The notes beneath the pieces were generated by a model that searched no databases, was not told the DNA's origin, and was given only the letters and a program-made list of their open reading frames with translations. The translations under genes and the position numbers were made by a program. Positions 24,646-36,805 of a stretch of 64,000 nt of DNA are shown here, piece after piece. The stretch is from assembly GCF_006345805.1 (NCBI RefSeq), contig NC_043010.1, positions 36,270,001 through 36,334,000 on the forward strand, given 5' to 3'. Position 1 is the stretch's first letter; every line of letters begins with the position of its first letter. This stretch comes from Octopus sinensis (lineage: Eukaryota).

Positions 24646-25743
24646 TATGTTGAATTTCTTAACTTAAAGCTCTGTTTCTCTGTACTAAGCATATATAATC
24701 ACCTGTAAGTGAACTCTGATCCTGAACAGCCATGATAAAGTCTCCTTGTTTTGTTTTTGTTTTATGCTTTTCAATCCAGATTGTTGTTACATTTTAGATT
24801 TTTTTGCTAACTTATTACTGCCTTGTCCAGCCTTATTGAACACTCAGCAGTAAAGGGGTTGTTTCACCACCATTTCGAGCACTTGCTATTATTTCTATTT
24901 ATTTATTTTGCTTTTAATTTGGTCGTTTCGTGAATTTGTTGCTTTGTGGCATGTAGTCGAATCCCTTTTGGTTCCAAGTCCAGTTCCTTCTTGCCTAGGT
25001 TGATTTTGCAGTTCATCGCTCTAGTAAAATAAATCGTAATAGTATACCAGTGTCATTTCAATTGGTTGTTCCTTCCCTCTAAATTGTCATCTTTTATTAA
25101 TGTTAGTCATCATTACTATAGTTACATAAGGAGGAGTTGTGACAGAAATGGTAAATCACTAGATTAAGTTTCTCTTGAGATTCAGTTACATCCTTTTTAG
25201 TTTGATTTCCGCCAAGATTGACATTCTTTTCCTCCCTTCACATGTAGATATGGCCAAAGCACTAACACTCATACATTGTAGCTGTGTTCTATCCATCTGT
25301 CTTATAAGTCTTGTGGAGATTGGTATAGACTTTCATCTCTTTTAGGACAATCCAAATAATACTGATCATATATTAAAGTATATTCAGTTGATTTTACTCT
25401 TCATATTTTTGGTCCTGTGCCTAAATTAGTTCCCATTATTATGGTCTTTATGTTAGAAATTAATTAAAATCAGCAAAATGCTATACAAAATGCTTTGTGG
25501 TATTTAATTGTGTGCCTTTATATTCTAATTTCCAACTTTTTGAGCTCATTTCATTTTCATCCTTCCTTGTTCGATAAAAATATGTATTAGTCAACTAATG
25601 GAATTGAGGAGAGAAAGGGTGATGGCGAAAAATAACATTGGCACAAAGCTATACATTTTCATGGAGGAGTGTGTTGAATGAATTGACCCAGAACGATGCA
25701 AAGCAAAGTCGACTGAGACTTAATTTGAATTCATTATGTAGAG

Positions 25744-25940
25744 CAACATTTCTCAAATGGGGTTCCGCAAAAGGTTTCTAGGAGTTGCACGAGAAAGTGT
25801 GTTAATTTCATGATCGTAAAATTACTATACGTGCTCAGCATATTATTGGTTATTGTAATATAAACATCATCCTATCTAACCTATTATCAAAAAAATATAG
25901 CCATTGGGGATATATATAGTGATGTCTGTAATTTATGGAC

Positions 25941-26002
<62 letters not shown>

Positions 26003-26130
26003 TACCATGTGAACTACGATGATAAAATATGAGAAAGATATGGTATATAATTTTTTTTTGTGCAGGGTTTCCATAAGATGTGTAATTTATCTTAAGGGTT
26101 ACACAAGGGTAAAAAGGTTGAGAAACACTG
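25744..26130. mobile_element. hAT/Charlie-type MITE
   Basis: Left end caacatttctcaaatggggttccgc; right end aaaaaggttgagaaacactg (reverse complement cagtgtttctcaacc), typical of Charlie-type TIRs. Confidence 0.6.
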
Positions 26131-26194
26131 TAGATAGATATAACTCAGTATCGCAATGCAATGTGTCCTCCTTCTGCCATCCACTTCACTTTAA

Positions 26195-26415
26195 CCCTTT
26201 AGTGTTCACATTATTCTACCAAAAGGAATGCTTTTTTATCCACATTGTTCTGAACTAATCATGCATTATATTGTAGCTACGAGATTTTGATGAGGTAGCT
26301 ATTAATTTTTAAAATGATATTGTAGGGTTGGTGTAAGAGACCAGATCTGGCCAGTTTGAACATAAAACAAGCAGAATACTTTTGGCCAGATATGGCCGGT
26401 TTAAATGCTAAAGGG
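26195..26415. mobile_element. piggyBac-type MITE
   Basis: TTAA (26191-26194) + CCCTTTAG ... CTAAAGGG + TTAA (26416-26419). Confidence 0.85.
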
Positions 26416-26424
26416 TTAATAATG

Positions 26425-27062
26425 ATTACAAATTTTGGCACAAGGCTAGTAATTTCAAGAGATGAAATGGGGATAAGTCAATTACATTGACCTCCAAAAG
26501 GACAAAAGGCAAAATTGACCTTGGTGGAATTTGAACTCGGAACATAAATGCAGATGAAATGCCGCTAAGCATTTTGTCCAGCACTCTAATAATTCTGCCA
26601 GCTCACTGCCTTCCCAATATACTTTAATAATAATAATAGTTTGAAATTTTAACACAAGACTAGCAATTTCGGTGAGAGGTTAAGTTAATTACATCGACAC
26701 TCGTACTTGACTGGTACTTATTTTATCAACCCCGAAAGGATGAAAGGCAAAGTCGACCTCAGCATAATTTGAACTTAAATTGTAAAGACAGGCCAAATGC
26801 TGCTAAGCATTTTGCCTGGTGTGCTAACGATTCTGCTAGTATGCTACCTTAAACTTTAATAATAATAATGATAACAGTAATGGTTTGTAACATAGGCACA
26901 GTGTCACACATTTTTGGTTGAGTGTATAACTCGTTAAATTAAACTCAGTGCTTGACTGGTATCAGGTAAGTCAATTGCAGAATGTAAAGAAATGTAATTA
27001 AACACTGCATGGTATTTTGCCCACTACCCTACCTTTACCATTTCTGCCAGTCCACCACTCTT
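26425..27062 (-). mobile_element. Three head-to-tail SINE family B copies
   Basis: Each unit runs (TAA)n...ggcacaagg...aaaggcaaagtcgacc...gaactc...ctgccagc...gcctt. Confidence 0.75.
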
Positions 27063-27854
27063 TAATAATGATAACGAGAAGAAATAATTTATTTTTAATT
27101 AGTTTAAAGACCCTATATTTTTGAGAGAAAATATTTCATTTCTTTGAATTTTTCTAGTCAATATGTTTAACAAGGTGAACTGTTGTAAACATGAGAAGAA
27201 AAATAAAATAAAAATAATGTAAAAAAAAAAAAACCTTTGTAAATTACACAAAAAGAAACCAGCAAAATAAGATAAAATAAATAAAAAAAAAGAACCGGTG
27301 AAATACATAAAATAAGCGAATGAAAATAAAATGTGTTCAGCATGCTCATACTAGCATGCTTAGATTATGCAAGTTGCAGCATAGATAATGCAAGTTATTT
27401 CAATAATAGTGCATTCAACTTATAATGGTTGCAATTTGTCTTTGCTCTCTCTTTTTTTTTCATTTTCTTTATCTGATCGAAAATAGTTTTGAGATTCTTT
27501 TGTGAGTCTCCGTGCATATGTGAATGTGTGGGTGTGTATGTGTCTATTGGGTTTGTAAAAAAAAAAAAATCTTTTGTGTTTCGTATTCCAACTCCCCAGA
27601 AAAAATTATGAAATTTTTTAAGATAAACACATTGTTCTGCATGTGTGTGTTCACTTGCATGCAGGCACACACACGTGTATGTATGCATGTATGTATGTAT
27701 ACATGGACTCTCACATATTACATTATGTAGATCAACTCATGTATACAATTAAGACTACACACACACACACACACACGATGATTCCATGCACTTCAAGAAG
27801 TTCTGTGCATGTATACCTGTGTGTGTGTGTGTACCAGTGTGTATGAGAATGTCT

Positions 27855-29470
27855 CATCATTATCATCATAATATTCCATTTTCCCATTCTTGCATGGGTT
27901 GACCAAGTGTCCTCAACACAGCATATGGCTTCTTGTTGCAGACCTTTGTTACCTCTTTTATGAGGTTACCACTCCTCTATATATCTTCATCAGTCTTCCT
28001 CTTTTGCATTTGGCTTGCCAGCTCTTCCTTTACCTAACTGCCATCCTCCATATGCATCACATGTCCATATTACACCGGATTTCTCTTATAACCCATTTTT
28101 CTTCTCTCAGTTCATTTGTGCACTGTCATTCCATACACAATAATATTATGCATTCAGTGCAACCTATTCACCTGATATCTTTCCACTCTTTGTACACTCC
28201 ACTCTTTTATGTCTTTGTATCCACATTTTGTACACAAACAAGCATCATACATTCTGCTTTTCATTTGGTTAGGCACAGGAGTGGCTGTGTGGTGAGAAGC
28301 TTGCTTCCCAACCACATGGTTCCAGGTTCAGTCCCACTGCATGGCACCTTGAGTAAGTGATTTCTACTATAGCCTCGGGCTGACCAAAACCTTGTGAGTG
28401 GATTTGGTAGATGGAAACGGAAAGAAACCCGTCATATATGTATGTGTTTGTATTTGTCCACCCACCATTGCTTGACAACCAATATTGATGTGTTTATGCC
28501 CTCATAACTTAGTAGTTCAGCAAAAAAGACTGATAGAAAAGTACTAGGCTTACAAAGAATAAGTCCTGGGGTCGATTTGTTCGACTAAAGGCGGTGCTCC
28601 AGCATGGCCACAGTCAAATGACTGAAACAAGTAAAAGAATAAAAGAGTAGAGAATTCTGTTGTTGCCAGCAAAGGTAATAGTTCTACCTTGTTCTTAGAA
28701 AAGTGTCAATGTGTTCAAGCATCCATCTCCATTGCTTAATTAGGTCAACTAGGAAACAAAGCTATCGGCTACCTCTTTAGAAACTTCCAAACATTTGAAA
28801 GAATATATATTTCACAGGTGTTGTTACTGCTAACTACTCTTGTGCATCTGCTACATATCAAACATTTCTTCTCTGCCTTTGATTACACTATACCTCTTAT
28901 GTGTCCATAGTTTACATTGTGTACACCTGACAGGAATTCCTACCTATTCCCTTTTCTGTGTATCAAGCATGGTAAATTCCCAAATATAGTCAAGTTCTGT
29001 TTTCTTTCCCTAAAGTCACATAAAAACCTAGTCTTTGCTGTGTATACTTTGGGGCCTCTCAATTTTCTTCTGTGTTTAGAATTTCTTCCTTAAATCTGCA
29101 ACAGATTCAGCTTTAACTCAGTATACTGAAGTTCACAACTTGGTCCTAAATTCCTCTGTTATGTTCTGGAGAATTATTATAAACAAGTTAGGGCTGAGAT
29201 TTGAGCCTTGATAAATCTCTATTTGCATTCTAAACCCCTTGCTAAACTCATTGCTAACCCTCTCCTTTCTGGTTGTATCTCTTTCTATGGTTTGCACTGC
29301 TTTCATAAGGCATTCTTCTACATTTAGTTTTCTTTAACAATGCCAGATTACACAGCTTTTGAACCCCCATCAAAGGCCATCTACAAGCTGATTTGTAATG
29401 GGTAAAGTGGCCTACTAGAAACTAGTTATTGGTGCAAATCAGAACTGCATCTCATTGAAGCTAAATCTTT
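27855..29470 (-). mobile_element. 5'-truncated RTE-clade LINE (RT C-terminal half plus 3' tail), interrupted by a SINE at 28272-28648
   Basis: Minus translation IYQGSNLSPNLFIIILQNITEEFRT...AESVADLRKKF matches RTE motif GVHQGSVLSPLLFIIVLQAITEEF. Further 3': KSRMYDAC, YGHVMHMEDG, then tail acccatgcaagaatgg...tgatgataatgatg. Multiple stops and frameshifts. Confidence 0.85.
28272..28648 (+). mobile_element. SINE family A inserted into the RTE LINE
   Basis: Full length, ggcacaggagtggctgtgtgg to gaaacaagtaaaagaataaaagag. Confidence 0.9.
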
Positions 29471-29531
29471 TTTTAATCAGTTGTGCTTTCATTCTTTCTG
29501 TACCTTCATAACTCGAGTTCGTCAGCTTTAA

Positions 29532-29747
29532 CCCTTTATCATACAGATTACTCTGCCAAATATAATACTTAGTTATTCACATTGTTTTGCAGTAATCACG
29601 CATCATTTTATACCTTTGAGATCCTGATGATGTAATTGTATATTTTTAGAATGATATTGTAGGGTAAGTGTAAAGGTCCAGATCTTGATAGGTTGAACAT
29701 AAAATAGAATATTTGGGCTGCATATGGCTGGTTTAAATGCTAAAGAG
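29532..29747. mobile_element. piggyBac-type MITE
   Basis: TTAA|ccctttat ... ctaaagag|TTAA; interior homologous to 26195-26415. Confidence 0.8.
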
Positions 29748-29816
29748 TTAATGCTTCTGTAAGTTGCTTGTTTCTAGTGCACCTTTATAAACAGTTGTTG
29801 GTGATACTAACATAAT

Positions 29817-30205
29817 AGGTGCAGGAGTGGCTGTGTGGTAAGTAGCTTGCTTGCCAACCACATGGTCCCAGTTTCAACCCCACTGTGTGGTACTTTGGGC
29901 AAGTGTCTTCTACTGTAGCCTTGGGCCGACCAAAGCCTTGTGAGTGGATTTGGTAGATGGAAACTGAAAGAAGCCTGTCGTATATGTATGTATGTGTGTG
30001 TATATATATATTTATGTGTCTGTATTTGTCACCCCACCATCGTTTGGCAACCAATGTTGTGCTTATGTCCCCATAACATTGGTTCAGCAAAAGAGGCTGA
30101 TAGAATAAGTACTAGACATTCAAAGAATAAGTCCTGGGGTTGATTTGTTTGACTAAAGGTGGTGCTCCAGCATGGCTGCAGTCAAATGACTTGAAACAAC
30201 AACAA
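29817..30205 (+). mobile_element. SINE family A
   Basis: Full length, ggtgcaggagtggctgtgtgg to gcagtcaaatgacttgaaac. Confidence 0.9.
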
Positions 30206-30234
30206 CAACACCACCTGTCGTTAAATATCACGTT

Positions 30235-30590
30235 CCAGTACTATTGTCTGATGTATTATGTTTGTCCAATTTTTCCTGGACATTTTCAGCATCTTCGTGA
30301 CCATCCTTTATAGTCCGTCTGCTTTCTCTGTCTTGATATCATCAATTAAACTTACTACTGCACAGATGCCAACTTGGATAGCTTCTTTTGGATCTACATG
30401 GTGTAGCTGCTCTCTCTGTCACACACATTCCCTACATTCAGCAACCTCTTGTAACATTTCCATTCCTGTCTCTTCTTGGTGTCAATGATGGCAAGCATAT
30501 CAGTCTCATACTGTACATACTCCCCAACTGCCACCTCCATCCCATCACGATACACATTGACACTGTTTTGTAGTCCTGAAAACCTCATAC
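30235..30590 (-). pseudogene. Possible decayed RTE-like RT remnant
   Basis: GMEVAVGEYVQYETDML is loosely similar to GV.IGG......YADDMVL, and the downstream residues loosely resemble post-YADD motifs. Confidence 0.3.
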
Positions 30591-30675
30591 CTCTCTCTCT
30601 TTCTCTTTCTTTCTTTTTCTCTCTCTCTTTCTCTCTCTTTTTCTTTCTTTCTTTCTCTCTTTCTCTCTCTTTCTT

Positions 30676-30706
<31 letters not shown>

Positions 30707-30735
30707 TTCTCTCTCTCTTTCTTTCTTTCTTTCTT
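30590..30735. repeat. (CT/CTTT)n polypyrimidine microsatellite
   Basis: About 145 bp made almost entirely of C and T. Confidence 0.95.
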
Positions 30736-32161
30736 ATCCTCTCATTGTAGAACTTTGGCAAACCTCTAACTTTGAGCTTCTTCCTATGCTACATATTATT
30801 ACCTGATGACTAACTTCTTTTCTAACTACCTGATATTGTTTCAAGCTCTTCGCTTTCTTTCAATCTTTCTGGGCCTATTCTGTTTTAGTTGTTATGGTTC
30901 TGTCTACTCTACCAATCCTTCCTATGTCACTTTCTGCTTGGTATCCATGTTATGTGTGTGTGTTTATACACACCCATTCTCACAGATGGATATACTATAA
31001 ATGTGAATGAAATATATCAGAGTGAATGCTAGCAAAACGTGTGCATGCGCAAATGCATGTGCATCACACACACATACACGCACACGCTTACGTACACAGG
31101 TATTGATCGACTAAGTGGTCATACTATCTCTATACTGAAGATCAATAAACTTCCGTTGCTGCTTCTGCTGCTACTGTGACTAGAACCATCGACTGCTGAT
31201 TGATCAATTATTTACAACCCCCTCACTGCATTATTCTTCTCTTTTCCATTGCTTCTCACCCACTGAAAAGAAGAAGAAAAAAAAAAAATGCAATTAGATG
31301 GTGAAGAAGCAATGTTTGTAAAGAAACTTCTTCTCCAGGTTGTATATCTCCTGAACAACTTTCTATGTATCTGCCATAGAATGAGTAGCTGATGGCTGTT
31401 TCCCTTTATCTTTTGTAGTTTTATTTCTTGCTGTACTAGTATATTCTATCTACCTCTGTCTTGAGTGATGTGGTGGTGTTAGTGTAAGTTATATTGATGG
31501 CGGTGTTAGTAGTGGTTGTTTATTAGTAGCAGTGGTATCGGTACTACTAGTAGTAGTATTAATAGTCATGGTGGATGTGCTATTTGTAGGGAAGTGATGG
31601 GAGCATCAGTTGCAAAGGCGGGGAATTTATGTTGGTGATGGTGGTGGTGGTGGATGTTGTATTGTTGGTACTGATAATAATGTTATTAGTAGTATTAGTG
31701 GTGGTGTTGGTGACAATACTGTCAGAAGTTAGTATGGCTGGTACTGGTGGTGGTGGTAGTGGTGGTATAATGTTTGACTCTGTTGTGAAGGCAAAGGTGC
31801 TATTGATTGTGATGGTAATGGATGAGGTTGCATTATGGGTAATAGTGGTAATGGTTGTAGTGTGGCGGAATGGTGGTTGTGGTGGTGGCTATGAACCAAG
31901 TTCTGAAGAACTTTCCCAGGCTGCATGTTACTCTTTTAAGTACAAATTTTTCTACCTACTAACCATGAAAATGTGAAAAATTGATTCTGGCTTTTTATTT
32001 TTTTTAATGCCTCCCGACCACTTCCCTCTCTGCTTTCTCTTCCCCTTCTCTCCTGCCCCCTCTTTCTCTCTCTCTCTCAGATGTATAATGACTGGGTTGG
32101 GGTGTGTGGTGGTCATGACTGTAGATGTTTAGTCAACTCTGAACAGATCTGAACAGATTAA

Positions 32162-32385
32162 CCCTTTAGCATTTAGGCTACTCTGTCAAATGTAATGCTT
32201 ATTTATTCACATTGTTTTCAGCTAATCATACATTTATCTCATAGCAGCTCTGAGATTTCACTGATGCGATTGTTTATTTTTGCAGCGACATTATAGGGTA
32301 AGTGCGAGAGGCTGGGTCTTGTTTGTTGAACATAACACAGGTAGAATATTTGGTGCTGCATATGGCCAGTTTAAAAGCTAAAAGG
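32162..32385. mobile_element. piggyBac-type MITE
   Basis: TTAA|ccctttagc ... gctaaaagg|ttag; same interior as the two copies upstream. Confidence 0.75.
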
Positions 32386-32459
32386 TTAGAGGCATTCCAG
32401 TCATGACTATTATGCTGTTTCGCATGTCAAGGAGTACATTGTTCAATAGGTTCTTGAAG

Positions 32460-32830
32460 ACAGTAGTGTCAGGCATGGCTATAAGTTTTCAGGTTCAGTC
32501 CCACTGCAGGGCACCTTCTAGTAAAGCCTTTGGCCAACCAAAGCCTTGTCAGTGGATCTGGTAGGCAGAAACTGAAAAAAGCATGTTGTGTATGTATATT
32601 TGTATGTACATCTGTCCTTATTTTGACATAGCATGATAGTTGTAAACGAGCATCACCATCATACAAGAGGTGTTATTCATTTCTGATATTCCAGGAAAAC
32701 AAATTCTTCTTTGGAAAGTGGTGTGGGTTAGCAGCAGCAAGGGCATCTGGCCTTAGAAAATTTGCCTCAATAAATTCTTTCTCTCATACAGGCATGGACA
32801 AGTGAACATTAGAATGATGATGATGATTAG
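32460..32830 (+). mobile_element. SINE family A head with alternative RTE-type tail
   Basis: Family-A head, then 3' half homologous to 6700-6935, ending catggacaagtgaacattagaatgatgatgat. Confidence 0.65.
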
Positions 32831-33650
32831 AGTATGATTGAGGCCAGAGACCCTCAACCATGAGGATGGGCATATTTGTTCATTCATTCACATTGCAATA
32901 TGAAGGAAATTTGGCTGCTATTTCCTTGCAAGTTGAGTGACCGTGTAGATGCTTCATCTTTGGCTTATTTGTGGTTGTATAGCTCAGTCGGGCCTGATTG
33001 CTGCATACCTATGGCATTCAGCCATGCAGATACTTATTCAAATAACTTTGTTCTATAGATAGATCTTGTGTTCCAGGGGTGTGTAGAACTACATTATATA
33101 ATGTCACCTATAATTTTTAGCAGCCTGAATGCTTAGTGGTATTTTGTCTGTCTTTATGATCTGAGTTCAAATTCTGCCATAGCTGACTTTGCCTTTCATC
33201 CTTTTGGGGTCGATAAAATAAGTACCGCTTGAGTAGTGGGGGTTAATGTAATCAACTTAACTACACCTGGGTAAGAGTATAAAAAAAGAAGAAACTGCAT
33301 ATCTCTGCCAAGTCATGTTGAACCAGTGTTCACCAGTTGAACCCAGTAGAACTAGTAGGATCTCAAGCCATTCTCTGGTGGAGGAAACATGCTGAGGCCC
33401 TTGTCCTGCAGTGGACTGTATATGGACAATTTAATCCAAGCCAAGCCAATCCTCATAGACAGTAGGGTGTAATTTGAGGAAGATTTGACTACTGTTTTTA
33501 GCAGTGATTATGTAGAGACTCGTTTGTTGGTGGATGTAGTTGTTAGAGGTGTTAATTATGAAAAACACTCCAGCTATTGTCAACCCATCTTTTTAAGAGT
33601 ATTTTTCATAACATTGTCTTATGTGTCTGTTCCTTTATTTTCCTTTATAA

Positions 33651-33965
33651 CATCAGTGTGAACGGAGCAAGTTTTTGCTTCTTTTTCTAGCTGGGTTAAC
33701 AACCCTGCAGAAGCCTTTTCATTGAGCATAGTTGTTGTTGGTCATGGTTGTTATTAGGGCAGGCCTAATTGGAAGTACTTTTAGTTTGTGCTAATGTTGT
33801 TGTTGTTCATCAGTGTGAATTGAGTCAGTCTTTACTTCCATTTCTAGCTGGGTTAGCAACCATGCAGAAGCCCTTTTATTGGACGTAGTTGTTATTGGTC
33901 ATGGTTTTTGTTATTGGTGCAGGCCTAATTAGAAGTAGTTTTAGTTTGTGCTAGTGTTGTTGCTG
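33651..33965. repeat. Diverged 157-bp tandem duplication
   Basis: catcagtgtgaa at 33651 and 33808; ttctagctgggtt at 33685 and 33842. Confidence 0.85.
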
Positions 33966-34959
33966 TTGTAGTGGTGGCAGCTGTAATGATGTTAAGGTGT
34001 GGTTATTGGTGGTATGGTTGCAGTTAGTTGCAGTGGTGGTTGGGTAGGAGGTGATGGGAATTTCTCTTCTTTCTACTCCCCCTTTCTCTCTCTCTCTCTC
34101 TTTCTCTTCTTTTCTCTCTCTCCTTCTTGTGCAGTAATGGTTGCAGTTGCTGCAGCAGCAGCAGTTCAGGTGTTGCAATTGTGCTGAAGATGAAGTTGGT
34201 GGTGGCATTTGAAAGCCAGCTTTCTTCAATTACCCACGTCTCCTTCCATCTTCTTTCTTCAGTTTTGTTAAGTTTTTTATTTCTTTTATAAAATAACAAA
34301 TAGAATGGAAGTGGTGGTGGTGGTGGTGGTGGGGTGGTGGTGGTGGTGGTGGTGATGTCTGAAGAAGTCCTTTCCTGTCGGTTTCTACCCCTCCACCCAT
34401 TAGCTACTGCACCCTACCCTACCCCCACCCTTATATGTAGTATTTGTTGTTGTAATGATGATGGGTAGCAGTAGTAGTGGTTGTGGTGGACATAACAACA
34501 GTGTTTTCTAGTGGCTTTTAATTAACTATCTGGACCCCCTCTCTCACTCTCTGTCCTTCCTCTTCCATGTCAGAGAGATGGTTGAGAAGGAAGCAGGGGT
34601 GGGGGGTGGATAGGAATTAGGTTGTTGTCTTACCTCTCAGCCATTTTCTCTCTCTCTCTCTCTCTCTCTCAATGTTTGTTTGGCTTACCCTCTCCTCTTA
34701 TCTTCCTTTGTCTGACTTCCTGCATCTCTTGTGGTTCTGCCTACCTTCTCTCTCTGTCTCACACTTTGTAATTGTCTGACTTTTTGTTTTCTGTCTTTTA
34801 TCTTCTATTATATATGTTCTGTCATTCTTTCTTCTAGACTCTATTCAGATCTCTTTCTCCTTATATCTTGTTAGGTATGAATTTATGCATGTGTCATGTG
34901 CATATGTACATGTACAGCTGTGAATGAGCCTACATAATTTCCCTTCTCTCTCATTCTCT

Positions 34960-35610
34960 AGTTTCTGTTCTATACCTTCTACCTTTACATGGTTTGTTCT
35001 CCCCGCTAAAATGACTTCTGTTACCTATCTGAAAAACAGATGAGACAAATCTTACCCTGGAAAGGCAGCTAGTCTTTTGAAAGTTACTCCTTCTACCCAT
35101 AAAGTTTTAGTGTTCTCTCCTTCCTTATATGTATAGAAACTAAATGTTTTACACAGAAAACAACAGAAAAACAAGAGCCATTGAAGGCATCTTGACTATC
35201 TAGATATAGCAAACAAATTTTCTTTAATCACATCTTACTGTCTTCATGGGGTGGGGTGGGGATACATTAGTCCATGTAATCCAGGCTAATAATTCCTTGA
35301 AAAAAAAAAAGAAAGAAAGAAAAAAAAGTTGTCTGTTAATCTCAAGTCTCTTCAGTCAGAATTGACTTTTTGCTAAACCATAACAAAAATAGAAAAACCT
35401 ACAGAGGATATGAATTGACAATGCATAAAGTCACTTGTTCAAATACCTTTTTCACCTGTCTTGGTGAATTATAAAGATAAGAATGTCCTGCCTAGAGATC
35501 CAACAAAACTGTATTCACTTCTACTTGGTAAGGGGTGAAGGTGAAAAACCTGTAATAAATCAAAGATTCCCTACATTGGCATAAAGCCACAAAGATTACT
35601 TATTAGTTAA
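34960..35610 (-). pseudogene. Decayed RTE RT remnant
   Basis: LCGFMP (cf. Q.GFMPGR), a DL-containing motif, then YKEGENTKT...AAFPG*DLSHLFFR*VTEVI (cf. GLHQGSALSPFLF..VMDVI). Confidence 0.5.
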
Positions 35611-35754
35611 TCGCTTCTCTACTAATCTTGAATTCAAATATTGTTGCCAAGAATTACTTTGGTTTTTGCCTTTCTAGGGTTCATATAATAAATATTTGTA
35701 GAATAGTGAGGTTTGTTTCGAATTTTTGAACCTAGCCAAAAGAGATGGTGATGA

Positions 35755-36805
35755 CGATTTCAAATTTTGGCACAAGGCCAGCCGGTTTGGAGGAGGGGCA
35801 GAGTCAATTACATTGCCCCTAGTATTCAACTGGTACTTATTTTTATCAAACCTGGAAGGATGAAAGGCAAAGTTAACCCCAGCAGAATTTGAACTCAAAA
35901 CATGAATACAGATGAAATACTGTTAAGCATTTTTGCTTGGCATGCTAATGTTCTGCCAGCTTGCAGCCTTAATAGTAGTAGTAGTAGTAGTAATTCTTTC
36001 TCATTTTGAGAGGTGTTTACTCAGTGTCATCAACCCAAGTGCTTGACTAGTTCTGTTTGATTCTAAAAGGATGAAAAGCATAGTTTATCTCAGCAGGGTT
36101 CAAATTCAGAACATAAAGAACCGGAAGAAATACCACCAAACATTTTGTCTGGCGCTTTGATGATTCTGCCAGCACACTGCCTTTATGATGATAATAATCC
36201 TTTCTACTATGGGCACAAGGCTTAAAATTTAGATGATGATGATAATAATAATAACGATATTTATCTCTTATTGAAACTGGTATAACGCTACAAATTTTGC
36301 AAACAGTAGTGTTGTTAGTTATAGGTTCCCACTGGGCTAATCCTTTCCTTTCTGATAGTAGGAATGGCAAAGGAGAGTTGATCCAAATCAGACTGAATAA
36401 ATATTGCTTCCAAATTTCAGCCCAAGGCCAGCAAATTCAGGGGAGTGGTGCAAGCTGGTTACATCAAGCTCAATGCACAACTGGTTCTTATTTTTATCAA
36501 CCCCAAAAGGATGAATGGTTAAGTTGACTTTGGCACAGAATTTGAACTCAGTGTGCTAACAATTCTGCCAGCTTGCCACGTTAGGCCAAATAAATATTCT
36601 TTTTTTACTCTAGGCACAAGACCTGAAATTTTGGGGAAGGGGCCCAGTCAATCAGATCGACCCCAGTACGCAATTGGTACTTAATTTATTGACCCCAAAA
36701 GGATGAAAGGCAAAGTCGAAATTTGAATTCAGAACATAAAGACAGATGAAATGCCACTAAGCATTTCACTCGGTGTGCTAACGTTTCTGCTAGCTTGCCC
36801 CCTTA
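35755..36805 (-). mobile_element. Pile of four to five co-oriented SINE family B copies
   Basis: ggatgaaaggcaaagt...gaactcag...ctgccagc repeated at ~35755, 36005, 36405 and 36600, with a tail fragment at ~36195. Confidence 0.8.

Noticed and set aside
35056-35493. Minus-strand exons QDILIFIIHQD / FYTYKEGENTKTLWVEGVTFKRLAAFPG
   Set aside because: The frame continues into *DLSHLFF, matching the RT QG..LSP.LF motif, with CGFMP upstream; this is an RTE remnant.
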